Shown here in pieces: positions 1-13,547 of a stretch of DNA of 64,000 nt. Position numbers and translations under genes: made by a program. The stretch comes from Camelus dromedarius (Eukaryota). Positions within the stretch are counted from its first letter, which is position 1; every line of letters begins with the position of its first letter. The notes under the pieces were generated by a model that searched no databases, was not told the origin of the DNA, and saw only the letters and a list, made by a program, of their open reading frames with translations. The stretch covers positions 98,458,001 to 98,522,000 of the forward strand of contig NC_087437.1 of the NCBI RefSeq assembly GCF_036321535.1, read 5' to 3'.

Positions 1-3000
1 AAATCATAAGAAACATTTTAATTAGAGATTTGAAGAGGTAAAAGTATTATACTAGGCCCCAAATCCTCCTATGTTTTAAAAAATCAGTAGAAGTTGTTAG
101 CATGATAAATCTTTGGAATGCATCTATAGGGATGAATTTTCTAAAAAGCAAACTGAAGTATGATTAAGAGTCAGCTTTCTGTGGAGATAATAGTCATGCC
201 CGTAAGTATTTAATCATTAGTGGAAAGGTAGTATATCTTATTTTTATTTAATGAAAGTCAGTCCTCATTGCTGTTACCAATTTCTGCCAGCATTTTAGCA
301 CTTTTCACTAGAAATTAATGTTTTACAAGCCTTACACTTTTATAATTACCATGTTTTTATTATCTTACTATTAAGTATATACCATTGACATAAGAGAATG
401 TCTTTATAATCAGCTTAGTTTCTAAAAAGATAATTTAAAATGATTTCTATTGGCTTTTACAAATTCAAATGTTTTCAATACATATTCTAGTAAAGTACAT
501 TAATAAAGTCCTTATTCTTTCATAACATAAAGAAGAAACAATGATTATATTGTATATTTCAACCCCTTTTGACAATGGTTCCAACATGCTTTTCTATTCT
601 GCTCTAATTGTGGGAGAAAGGCTGGCTTAATAAATTGAATTTTAAATGATTCTAATGGAGTATTTACAGAATAACCTTAAGATGACTATGAAAGAGCCAA
701 AAAAGTAAGTAAAGCTTCCTAAACGTGTAGTGCCATGATCCAATCAGCCATTTACAGTTGGTGAGTTCAAAGTCAGAGGACCTGGGAAAGCATTAATTCA
801 TATGAGAAAAATAGATAGAAAGAATAATAGAAAAAAAAAAGGGAAAGACAGCTTTAGGGAATTAAATTAATGTTAATAGGTAAGGATAGAGAAACAGTTT
901 TAAGAATAATTTTCCCTTTAAGATGCAAAGAATATGAGAAATGTGATGTTTATAAACTATGACAGGAACACTTTTCTTTTAATAATAACAATAAAAACCT
1001 AAAAAAAACCCCAACAGGTATCACCATATCAAAACTATGAGAACTCATTTAATTTATATGTGAGTAAATGTTTTCAAGTTTCATATAAAATTCATGTGTA
1101 AAATAATTTTTTTAATGATGTAGAAAAAAAACTGCCAAGAATAGAAAGTTTCTATTTTCTTCAATAATTGTTTACTGAGAGAGAAGAGGGAGTGAAGTAG
1201 GGAGAGAGGAAAGATGGGAAAAAGGAAGAAAAGAAGGAAAGAAAGAGAAAAAGTGCACTATGTGAATTTACATCCACTACTTGGGAGGCTAACCAAAACA
1301 TCTGAATACCTTCAGTTCCCACATTCTGAGTAAGATACTACAGAAGGGAAATCAAAGACTGCTGAATACAAGCTCTCTGTAGGTGTATACACACTTTTCT
1401 AGTGGGCATTTCTTCTTAACTCTGTCATAGTCCCTGCAACGTCAGCATCCTCCAAATCTAATTCATCATCCGTCTCCCCACCCCGCTGCCTCTCTGTATT
1501 CCCTGGTGCGAGTACCATTTCCCAGATCTCTCCAGCTAGATACATTGGTGTATTTACTGACACCTACCTTTGCTTCAGATGCTACTTGTTATTGCTTCAA
1601 TGCCAGGTCTGCCTCTCAATGTATGATATCCCACTGCCTGGAATTTCATAGTCTCTGTCCATCCCCAGATTGCTCAGTTATCTCACAGTGAATTTGGTCA
1701 GGCCACTCTCTCACTGAAAAACCTACTATGAGCAGAGATTAGGTGGACCTCTGCCACTCCTTCCTTTTGTACTTGGCTTCTAGATGAAATTGACAAAGAC
1801 TTCCACTCCCGCAATTCCGTGACTTGCTGACCAAAACCCTCCCCCAAACTTTTACATATGCCTGTGGGAGTTAAATTCTCAAGTCACCTCAGCCTCTGGG
1901 CCCCGCCTCCTTAATGTACCTGATACCACCGACTCAGCCCACCCCTTGATTTTTCACAAACATTAAAACACCCACTCACATGAATATAAGTTCAATAAAC
2001 TTGGAGATTTGGGAGAAAGGCTGATGAATGTGTTAAACATTAGCAACACAGATAACCTCAAATGGAGCAAAGAGATAATCGTTCTTAAAATATCCCTCAT
2101 TCCGCCTGTGCTGGGGATGGTTACTAACATGTTTATTTATTTATTTTTAATCTTGCTTTTCATTATCTTGTTGAGTTTCCCCTTTTCTTCATTTCTCTCT
2201 TCCTGATCTCCTTATCTGAGAACTCCAAATTCTTCTCCCTCTATTTTATGGTATAATTCAGCTAACCCCACTCCCAGCCTCACGTGCATTAAATCCATCA
2301 GATTTGTTCAATAAAACCTAGCAAGGCACAGACCAGTTGGTCCTTCATTTGAAATAGTACTGTCACATCAAAACTGTCTTGACAGAATTGAGTGTGTAAA
2401 AAGCAGAATTCATCACATCTTTTCACACGTGATATGAAATTAAGGCTTTGACAACTTTTTCCACATTGTTGAAAAGGTTGTTTAAGGTTTACACAAACTT
2501 AATTCAAAGCAAGATACTATTAACCAGAAATTTCAAAGCATTTAGGAGAATGTTAACTGTCTTCAATGTACGTGTGACAATGACTTGGAGCTGAGAGTGT
2601 AGCTACTGGCTTAGTGCCCGAAAATCAACATGGGAAATAGTTGGCTACAAAAACCAATCTGGGGATCACAAATAATTTCCTAAAGTAGATCTGTTTATTC
2701 ACAAAAAAAGTATCAATGTGATGACAGCTCAGGAATGGCTGAGTGTCTGCACCACGCCCTGTGGACAGTTGGGATTTTGCACAAAACAAAGGTTTCTAAT
2801 CAGTCTTCTGGCAAACCAAGTGACCTGGCGTTTAGGGTAACCTAACAGGGAGAAGATAAAAGCATGAAAGAGAAATAAACAAGGCGATGTTTACCCATTT
2901 ATTTCAAGTAATAATAATATGTCTTAATCTTTTAATGAGATGTTAAAAAGAAAACACACACACTTGAAAAAAAAAACCACTAACACAGAGGCAAACAAGA

Positions 3001-5334
3001 TTTTTAGCTGATGCTCAAGGGCTGAATATTTAGGTCAGAATGAAGTTCAAGGTGAAATAGTAAAAAGAATTGCTTGCTTTGAACTTAATGGAGAAAAAAA
3101 TGGATGCACACTTTTGTATCAGCACTGCCTTGTAAATGTGATTTTAAAAACTGAGAAATCACTGGCTTGGTTGAGAAATAGATTTCTGAGTTGTCATAGG
3201 AATGAAACCAATATTTTACCAGCAGATAGCTCTACCCTCAAGCAACCTTGATGAACTGAGCAAGATCAAGGCCAGATTGTAGTCCCTTGAAGCATTGATG
3301 ATAAGCACACTATGGCTAAAGGACACAAATTACCCTTGGAATTATAATGCAGGTACCTTGGATATAAGAATAATGTGATTCAAACTAATTTCGGACTGTG
3401 CCAAGCAGGAAGAGAAAGTCCTTTGGGCATTCAAGAAGAACATTTAGACAAAGCAAAACAAGAAGGGGAATTTGTGGTTAGCAGGAAGCTGTTGCTCATT
3501 TATATTTTATTGAAGATTTAAAATGTTAGGCAAAAGAGTATGACAAGCAGAGAAAGACATTTGGAATGTACCTGATTTATAACTGAAAGAATCAAATAGA
3601 AGGAATGATAAACATCAGGAAAATTAAAAAGGTGTTCTCTTTAGTTTCTTAAAATTATTTTGGAAACTCAGATGGGTTAGAAATATCAATGTAGATTTTT
3701 CTTGTATCTCATTATGATGCTTCATATGAATTACCATTCTTCTATGTTAATCAAAGTGAATCCCTTCCAATTACACAGATTGCTATGAAAAATCATGAGA
3801 CATCACATTTTACTAAATGGGAAATACTATTGATCTAAGAAGATCCACTGAATAATGGAAGGGGTCCATTTTCATTACACATTCCCTCTAGCAAGGCTGA
3901 ATGAATATGCTGGTGAAAGATGAAAAAATTAATTGATTTTTATAGTTTCAGGTACCTACAGAGTTTCAGATCCATACATGATAATTTGTTAATAGACATA
4001 AATAATGTTTCACTTGCCTCCATCCTCACAGTACAGTGCTAGGAACTGTTTACGGTATGGTTAATAAATGTCAGTTCTTCATTTTTAGGAGTTTACAATC
4101 AGAAACTGATGATAATAAAAGAGAAACACATAAAAGGAGGGATAGCTTTGTAAACCACACAGACAACAATGTTCAAGTATAAATGCGTTTGACCACTGCA
4201 AATGTGGAAGAGATGTGCTTATCAAGAGGGGATAAAAAGACAGTATCTATTTTTAGGAAGCAAGTTCTTGGTGCTAGCAGATTATATTGAATAGTTGTTT
4301 AATGTCTGTAAGAAGTAATTTTGTTAACCTATCTATCTGTCTATCATCTATCCATCCATCCAAATGAAAGAGGATATAAAGTAAAATAATCAGAGGAAGA
4401 GGGTAGTAAGTTAATGCACAATGTGATTCAATCAGAGGGTATACAAGAAGAGAGAGAAATGACTAGCTAGACATTTAAAAAATTAGGATGAAAGACCTGT
4501 CTATTGAGCAAGAAGATCTTACACATGATTTATGGGGCAAATTAAAAAAAATTATACGGCCTCAAAAAAGTCTGGCATCCACAAAACGAGAGGCGAAAAA
4601 GACAACTTTGACAGAAGAACTGAAGACTACAGGAAAGAACTATTGTAACTTGGGATTCTGGAGAGATGAGCCTATGCTTATTCCAAAAGGAGATGAAGGA
4701 TTACAAATAAACCAAAAGACAAGCTAACTAATAAGTTGATAGAGTCAAATTCTTATTTTTCACTGACTTATTTTTCACTTGACTTTGACTACATCATCTC
4801 TGAGATAATATGATTTAGTCATTAAAATGACTAAAATAAACAGGCAATGGAACCACTAATCCATGTGTCTGGACTACATTAATGATCAAACTGAGAAACA
4901 GTACACACGATCCAGTTCGTGTGGCCATCACTCAACAAATATTAATTGGCTGCTCTTTGTAATACATTGGAGTGAGTAGTTACTATACAAAATGCCAATG
5001 GAACACAGAGTACTTTTTTCTTTTATTCTGTAAGAAATCCTTTGGAAGAGTTGAAAAGAAGGCAAATCAGATTCAGAAAATGTCATGACTGAAAAAGCAG
5101 ATTTAATTAGGAACTGAAAAGAGAACTGGAAAAACAACCAAGAGTCAGTGAAGTTTTATTTGGGAGCTTTCTTATTTATCAATGTTCTTTACTGACACAC
5201 AGATCTTGGATGTGGGAAAAGTTAAAGATGGATGACAAATTTCTGCTCGATAGGAATTGTTCGTGGAAATTGTCTCACATCCAGAGGAAATGCACAGGGC
5301 AGGGGTGAATACAGAAATGAATGTATTAGAGATG

Positions 5335-5780
5335 TGTATTCATTCAACAAAATTTTTTTTTTTTTTGAGCTCATGTTATTTTGCAAACACTGTTGAGGCA
5401 CTGGGGTGCCCAGATGAATAAATCACGGCCTCTGCCATCAGTGGGGCAACCAACATGAAAGCAATGGGGGTAACCCCATGGAAAGTGAAAGTTAGGGGAG
5501 GAGTGGGGAGGGTCTCTGAAGCAGATGAGGTGAGAGTCAAGACTAAATGAGGAAAGAGGCTCAGAAGCCAAGGAGAGAAGGTTGTGTAATTGGTTATCAG
5601 CAGTGTCAAATTCTGTACATAGGTCAAGGAGCATGGAGATGGAGAAATGCCATTTCGTTTTGGCAGTGAGTGTGTTACTGGAGACCTTGGCAAGGCTAGC
5701 TTCTGGGAAGTGGCGTGGGTTGGAGCTGGGCTGGACCAGGTTCAGGAGTGTTTTCACTGAGGAACTGAATGCATCTGGTG
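5335..5780 (-). mobile_element. L2 LINE fragments (ancient)
   Basis: cattcaacaa...ttttgagc (reverse-complemented L2 3' end) and a cagtgtcaaattctgtacataggtcaagg...ttggca...gaccttggcaag segment typical of L2. Confidence 0.6.
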
Positions 5781-6799
5781 CACTCTAGGAGTTGGGAGAG
5801 GAAGGGGAGGGGAGCAGTTGTTCAAGGGTGTGTGTATTTCTTGAGCCCCAGGACTCTTGGAGACAGCAGGAACCCCCGCACACAGGCTTTTCAGTTCTAT
5901 TTTGTGAAAAATCCAGCTTTCCCTGGCGATGAGGAAACAGCATTTACATCTCTAAGTAGCCTTTGTTGAGCTCGTTTGTTCTCTCAGGCAGTGAGTCACT
6001 CTGTAACACTGACCCTGCCATTGAAGTCAGCAGATTCTATTTGGAGAGCATTGGTGATTGTGGGGGGAGTTGTTTAAAAAGTTGACAAAAACACTGACTC
6101 TCCCTGATACGCTAAACACCTGTGGGTATCAGTTTTGACGACTGCCCATTAGCTCGGGAGCACATGGATGCTCTATTTGAGTCAAAGAAAAGGGAAGTCT
6201 CCTCTTCTGAAGGAGCTTGATGTATGTGACACAAGAAGAAGTTATAATACTTTCTATTTTGGTTTCCTTTCATTTGAGAAGAATTTTAAAGAGAAAAGTG
6301 GTTCTGCAAATGCCAACTTCAATTAAAATGCTAACTACTAGTTGCAGTTTCCCCACCTCTGCCAAAGGGAAGAGGTCCAATGTGACCAGCCACCTGTTTC
6401 CCTTTATAAGAGCTCAAGACTGCTGCTCGTCCAGTGACACTGGACTGACACTGAATATCAGTGTGATGATGAATCAAAAGTCAACAGCAGTGGAGCTTTA
6501 TTTACCGAGAAATGACCCTTAGTAAGGTCATCTCTTTTCGAGAGGACACCACAGTCGTTAAAGTTGAAACCCTCATCCAGAGGGTCCGTGAGCCCAATTA
6601 AGGCGTGACACAAAGAGGGAGTAACAATCTTTGGTGTTTCCAACTGGATCAAATGTATGTACGTACATGCCAACGCGCTGGCCGAAGATGTTTGAGCTGA
6701 TAGTAATGTCACGTGGTTTCTGATGGCTTAACTCGATACAGTAAAGGTCACAGAACTAGAAATTTAAGAATCGATTACGAAATAGGTTAAAGTTGCCAT

Positions 6800-7033
6800 C
6801 AAGAGAGTGGTTTTGGAGTCGGTAGGACCTGGGTTTTCTTGACAGCTGTGTCATTTATTAGCTGTGTGACATCAATTAAATGACTTAAATTTTTAAGCCT
6901 CTATTTCCTTATCTATAAAGTGGCAATAATACCCATGCCTACCGCATACTGTTGTTTTAAGGACGAGATGACACAGTGCAGCCTAACCCAAGACCAGGCA
7001 TATGGGAAATGCTTCCTAAATAATGGCCATTAC
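6800..7033 (+). mobile_element. MIR SINE
   Basis: ttttggagtc...cctgggtt...ttattagctgtgtgac...tgacttaa...agcctctatttccttatctataaagtgg MIR core, with 3' tail aaataatggccatta. Confidence 0.8.
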
Positions 7034-10000
7034 TTCCCTCAAATTAAGTATCGTCAATTCCTTGTTGATCAGGAAAATAAAAACAAACCATTAGCTCTTC
7101 TTTAAAGGTATAAGAACAAATATGAAAATGAATATATGAAAGCGCTTGCTGTCAAAAAGTTACATTTGGAAAACTGTCAAGGTAGGTCTCAGAGAAAACT
7201 AGTGAGTACCATCAACTAATTCTAATCCAAGAGGATTGAAATGAGAGCATCTTAATCACCAGAGCGAGCCCAGAAAGAGAACCTAAAGTATATTCACTTC
7301 TGAAATTTAAGATTCTGATTTTACTAACATTAAAAAGTTGTTTCTATTAAATGCAGAGATTAGCTTCATTATACACATAAAGAGTATCAGCGCTCTTGTT
7401 CAAATTAATAGTAAAAAATTATTTCCAGATGGCTTTGTGGGACATAGTCACAATATCCAGGTAACGATCAGTGCCCTTCTCTCCACGTGTAAAACGCTCT
7501 ACTCCACTTTCAGAACAACCTGACAGCTGAAGCTCTTCGCTACTTTGTCTTGTTTCCAGTACCCTGTTCTCCGCTGGGTGTGGAGGTCCTCCAGCCCTCC
7601 CTGCCGTCAGTCAGACCCAGACCTTCCCCCAGTTCTCCGACCCCATGTTTAATCGAAACGCCTGGCTCACCAGCCCCTGTTCATGTCAGTCATCTTTCCC
7701 ACTCTCAGGGGAACCTGGCCAGCGTGAGCTATGTCATTCTATCTGCAGATAAAACCCAGAAAGAAAATCTGAAAGTTATCAAGCATGGATGGTCCACTGC
7801 TAAAGGACTCTGGATCTCAGTGAAGACTGGGCCTAAATTATACCTGTGAGGAGAACCCAGAAATCCGTCCTGCTAGCCCTCAACTTGGCCTGCTGAGGAA
7901 AAAGTAGACCCTGCCCTTTACCAAATATAAACTCTCTTTTTCTAGGTGAGAAAGAAAACTGCAAAGGCAAGACAGTATGGAGAAACGGCCACTTCCTAGG
8001 GTAGGTTACCTGAAATTCCATTTGACAAAGCCTTTTTCAGCCTCTCTACCCCAAAGTGACCTCTCCCTCCACTGGCTGCCTATGCAATGGATGTCTTGCC
8101 ATCCGTGTTCACATATCCTCAGGTATATGAGAGGGCACCGTGTTTAGGTGTCCATTAGAGCTACAGATACGAAGACTTACTTCCCTTTTCTCTGAGTCTC
8201 CTCGGAACCTAAGAGTCCTAGGGTTTGGGAGACAGAGAAGAAGATGGGGTGGGGAGGGAATTTGGGGTTCCGGGTTCTGCATTTTGCCTTTGTCAACCTT
8301 CTGTAAGTCATTCAGCCTCACTGGCAGTTATTCTTTGTATGATGGAGGTAATTATAGCTACTGGTTGGAAAAATACTTTGATATCTTCAGATAAAAGAGG
8401 CTTTAAAAGGGCAGAGGATAATTATTATTAGCAGCTCAACGGTTCTCAGCTTTTTCCATATGCAGCTTCCTCCAGGGAAGCTAAATCCATCAAAATAAAA
8501 CCAGTTTGAGAGAAAAGGTACCCTATGAAACTATTTCAACAAAGAAACGACTTCAAAAAGATGAGCCAGATGAAACATAAAAGTGAAATGAAAAATTAAA
8601 GCAACGACATGCTTCTAAAAGAAAAATCTCTGCACTATTGTCAAGCATGAACTTAACATCACACACAAGTTGTAGTGTAATAATGGCATCTTGTGTTTGT
8701 ATAATGTCTTTCCCCACAACCTTCTTTTTTGTGACATAAAATGATACTTATTAATTCTTCAAGATGCTAGCGGGCAGATGTTTAGGTGAGATCTCTGAAG
8801 ACTGATCCACTTCATAGATCAAGCCAGTGAAAAAGTGAGAATTAGAATCCAGTTTTCCCAACTGACATGACAGAAGCAAGGAACTGAAGGTTCTGCCTTC
8901 TCACGGTATCTTTCAAAAATCTCTCTGTTGGAATCCCGTCAGCTACGAGGTACAGATGGAAGTTTTGGCATTGTTCTGACTTTTGTCTTACCATTTAGCA
9001 AGTATTAAAAAACAATTATTGATGAAGGTCTTCTAGGCAGCTGATTCTTGCTAAGAGAATAAAAGAAAGAAAATAAAAAAAAAAAAATCCAAGCATAATA
9101 TCCAGCATCTAGCCACAAGCAGATTATGGTGTAGTTGAGGAGAAAAGACATATCTACAAAGCAATTTGTGGACAAAATATTATTTTATATTTCAGTATTA
9201 AATGCTATCTAGTCTGAAGAGCTTTTCATGATTATGCTAGTGGTAAGTAATCCCCTCCCCTTTTTTTTAAAACATGTGTAGCACTCCCAGAAATGTGTTT
9301 CCTACCACATTCCTAAGAGGCGTATATTATGTCATGCCTTTTCTCCAGGATCAGAGTTCAAGCTCATTGAGAGCTTCTGCCTTATTTCATATGAAATTTC
9401 ATTCCCTGCTTCGCATTGTCCAGGACACAACGTGAGGGCTCAACAATGTTTGTTGAATGACGTATTGATATAATAATTTTTTAATATAGGCAATTAACGC
9501 TATCACAAGGACAATATGTGCAGCAAAATTGCCGAGCATGTTTTCATCCATAATTAAAATCCATTAGGCTCAGAACAATTAGGAAATCATCACTCTGGTC
9601 CTGATATTCTTTTGGTGCTTTGATAGCATTTACAAATTAGTTAAAGTTGAAAAATTCTTTACCGTTACTGTGCTATTCTTCAACACCATTGGAACTTAAT
9701 GTTATTTTACTTTCTTCAGGAGAGAGATGCTATAAAAAAAAAAGAAAGAAAAGTGAGGAACTCACGTGCTCAGTTTTCTTTAAGATTTCCTTGTCATTGT
9801 TGCAGCCCCCCTCCACCTTACCTGAGCAGGGATGAGGGGAAAGAGGGCAGACTAAAAGACAACAGAACCTAGGAGTTCTGGGCTGTATTTGGAAGGACAG
9901 ACAGTATATGGATTAATTTCCTCCCCCAGTAGCATGTGAACAGAAAAGGCTGCCTGCCTCTGCACTCCTGGAATAAGGCGAGTTAGCTGTCTGGGAAAGA

Positions 10001-12159
10001 ATTACAAGATAACCTTTCCACCTCTCTGAAGGAGATGAGGAGAAGTAATTGGGTGAGAGCTACCTTCCTTTCTTCATTGCTTCCCTCTAATACTTTGTCC
10101 TTTGTGAAAAAATAGCACCTAATTTGCATGAATGTCTGATAATGTGTTTATGCAAAATGTTCCGAAATTAAATCAAGTTTTCCTTTCACTCATTGGGTGT
10201 AAAATAATTCATATTTACATATTAAATACTGACCCAATCAGAGAGTATATACATGCACAGTGTAAGTATGCAATTCCCTTCCCTTAGAGATGCTCTCAGT
10301 CTTAGGAACAATGACTTAACAGGACACATAGGACTTTCCCAGAGAACAAAAATAGTCACGAAACTTATTTTTAAATAGATCAGTATGTTACTTACATTAT
10401 GCATAAGCTGAGCACCCATTTTGCCATTTCACTTATCTCACCACCTTCTTCCATTCTTCTGAGAGAGGAAGAAGAGGAAAAGAAGTAAGGATTTTCACTT
10501 CTGGGGTGAAGTTCTAGGTTTATTTCATCTCTCCAGCATCATGACCTTTGCAGGCAACACTCCTCATTGTTTCCTGAACTGCATGGCTTAACTTCTCAAG
10601 AGAAGCCATGATGTCCAGGCCACTCAGGGTCACCCAAGGTCGGCTCCTGTTCCCACTGTAGGGAGTGATCCACTAGAGTTGGCTTTGCTCAAAAATAGCC
10701 TGTGTCCATGCGGTAGAATTAGCTTGATATCACCGAGCTCCAAACTTGGAGCCAGAGTCCTGCTTTCAGAGGGAAAGGACTCCAAGCCCTTTAACATTGC
10801 TGTTATGCAAGTTTTTAATTAGTCATGAGGGACTGATAGCCAGGGCCCTGAGACAGTATCATGATGACCAGGGCGGGTGCCTCAGGAGGATGCCAAAGGG
10901 ACGAAGGCTCCACCTTTGAGAGCATATTTTCTTTCTCCTAACCCTGAAGGGAGTCCAAGAAACAGGATCTTGGATTTCTACTGGTACAGGTTCATTAACC
11001 CAAATCCCCCCAATTCGCCACAATTTGTTATGGCATTTCCACCTTCCTCATTTTCCAAAAAGCTGACCAACTTAATCCAAGGAATGACAAATGTGATTGA
11101 TAGGCCAAACCGCCATTAGACAGATGGACTTTATATTTTGAGCCTTCTCTGTCACTTGAGTACATGCATCAAAATTGGGTAGATGAAATTATAACTGCAG
11201 AAGAGAGAAAATTCAGTCGACTATGTATAGAACGCTTATTTTTCTCCTGAATCTGTTCTCAGTAAAAGTCTTATTTTCAGAAAGACTTTTGGCTAAACTA
11301 TTAGTGTGCCATAAATAATGATATGTACATCTTGCCTAATAAGTCACTTCTCTGGCTCACAGCTAAGTATTAGTATCCCTTTTGCTTTTACAGATAGACA
11401 AAATGAAAGCCATAGATTAAATTAATGGAAGGAAAGTGAACTACAAACCATGGCTACTTCTGCTTTGGCAAAGTGAAAAGTTTATTGCAAGTTTACAGTG
11501 CCAAGGGTAGCCTTCAGGATGACTTTTTCTCAGCTCCGGGCCCTGGGAGTAATTGCAAAGTGGGTAGCAATGATTTTTTTGGCATCTTCCCACTTCATAC
11601 CCAGTGCCGTCTTCCACCTACTTTTCTGAAATTGAGTATTTAGTGGCCCTATCAAAGCTTATGCTTTTCCAAACTCCTTTCTGAGTTATCCTTTTCATTT
11701 CTACTCTGCAGTGAAGGGTCCCAGAGTCCCTGGTTGTTATAGACTCATATACATGCATGCACACACACACAGTATCAGAAGAAAGTTTTCTTATTATGGA
11801 CTCACGATCATTCATACTGAGATATGAATGACTTACATGCTTATTAATTTTAATAGAAGTTTGCTAATGAGAATGAGACTTTAGATGGATGTGATTATGC
11901 TAGGGAGACAGTCTTTAACTTCCTTGTCCCTTTGTTTATGCTCTAACGTCCACATGCCCAACTCGCATCTTCCAAACAACACTGAGAACAATCAGTTGGC
12001 AATAGGTACTCCACTTACGAATGATTTCTTAAGAATCTAGACCTTGACACAGACACTCTGTAGCTCTCAGGCTCCTGAAAAAAATCTCCTATCATACAGT
12101 CTGATGAAGGGCTGAAAATCTAACTCCCAGCTCCTTAACTCATGACAGACGATACCATA

Positions 12160-12380
12160 CAGGATGGTAGAATAACAGCCTTCAGGTTCAACTTCTGGTG
12201 TATGAATTCTGGCCCCGCCACTTTGTAGCTGTGTGACCCTAGTCAATGTACTTAACCTCTTTATAAAATGGGGAGGCTAATAGCTATTACCTCATCAGAT
12301 GATTTTAAGAATTCATTGATATAATAAATATACAGTGCAGTCCCTGGCATAAATTAAGTGCTCGGTCAATGTTAGCTATT
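12160..12380 (+). mobile_element. MIR SINE
   Basis: gaattctggccccgccact..tagctgtgtgacc..acttaacctct..ataaaatgggg..cctggcata..aagtgctc..aatgttagctatt. Confidence 0.8.
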
Positions 12381-12836
12381 CCTATTAGAGCAGGTACAGT
12401 CATTATTAGGCACTGTAACACCATCTAACAGAAAATCTCCAAGCGGGCAGCTTCAGGGCATACCTGCGGTCATGTCCCTCTCTGGGCATCTTGGGTTTTA
12501 GTGCTTCATCTGTTTTTTGTCTTTAGTTACTTATTTGGGGATGTGGTGCCTCAGGCATGGTGCTAGGACCCAGAAACTGCACTGAGCTATACAAATGTGG
12601 CTTCTATGCTGATGAAGCTGTCAGTGCTGAAAGAGTAACATGGGGAACTGATTACAAAATCAATTTCAATGACGATAATCCCTGTGCAAAAAACAGATGC
12701 TATGAAAGCAGGCAAGGTTTAGGGGCGGGAGGCTAAGTACCAGGATCAGGAAAGAATCCGTCTTAAAGGATGAGTAAGAATTAGATAGTCCAGAGTTGCA
12801 GGTAAGAGAGTAGAAAACAAGTAAATGGAAAAATGA

Positions 12837-13204
12837 TGTTATGGACTGAATATTTGTGTTCCCTCCCCCAGGTCATGTTGAAGCCCTAACTCTCAATATG
12901 ATGGTATTTGGAGGTAGGGCCCTGGGGGGGTACTTAGGATTAGGTGAGTTCATGAGAGTGAAGCCCTGGTGATGGGATTCACGTCCTTATAAGAAGAGAA
13001 AGAGAAACCTGAAGTGTCTATCCTACAGGACACAGCATGAAGGCAGCCACCTACCAGCCAAGAAGAGAGCCCTCGCCTGGAACTGAATGGCTGACACCTT
13101 GCTCTTGGACTTCCCAGGCTCCAAAACTGTGAGAAATAAATATCTGTTGTTTAAGCCTCTGGTCTATGCTATTGTTGTTATGGCAGCCTGAGAAGACTAA
13201 GACA
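12837..13204 (+). mobile_element. MLT1A/B-type ERVL-MaLR solo LTR
   Basis: Starts TGTTATGGACTGAAT, contains gacttccca..ctccaaaactgtgagaaataaat..ctgttgtttaagcc, and ends GACTAAGACA (TG...CA termini). Confidence 0.9.
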
Positions 13205-13338
13205 TAGTGGAAGGTTGCATTTGAGGAGGTGCTAGGGAGACAGTATGGCTGGGGAAGAGGAGGGTGGTGGTGGTGGTTGGGAAGCAGGAAGTGAGTGGTG
13301 CAGAATTAGGCTGCAGTCAGGGCAGGGCCTGGATCAAT

Positions 13339-13547
13339 CAGTTGTTCTCAATCAAGGGCAGGTATTTGGCAGTGTTTGGTGACATTTTTGGTTGTCACAT
13401 CTGGGGATAGGTTGTTCTACTTGGTAGAGGCCAAGAATGTTGCTAAACATCCTACAAGGCAGAGAACAGCCCCTGACACTCCCTGCATCCCCCCAAAAGG
13501 ATTTTTTCAGCTAAAAATGCCAATAGAGCCAAGGTTGAGAAACCTTG
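13339..13547 (+). mobile_element. MER20 (hAT-Charlie) non-autonomous DNA transposon
   Basis: CAGTTGTTCTCAA...gacatttttggttgtcaca...gtagaggcca..tgctaaacatcctaca...GGTTGAGAAACCTTG; terminal inverted repeats are recognisable. Confidence 0.85.
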
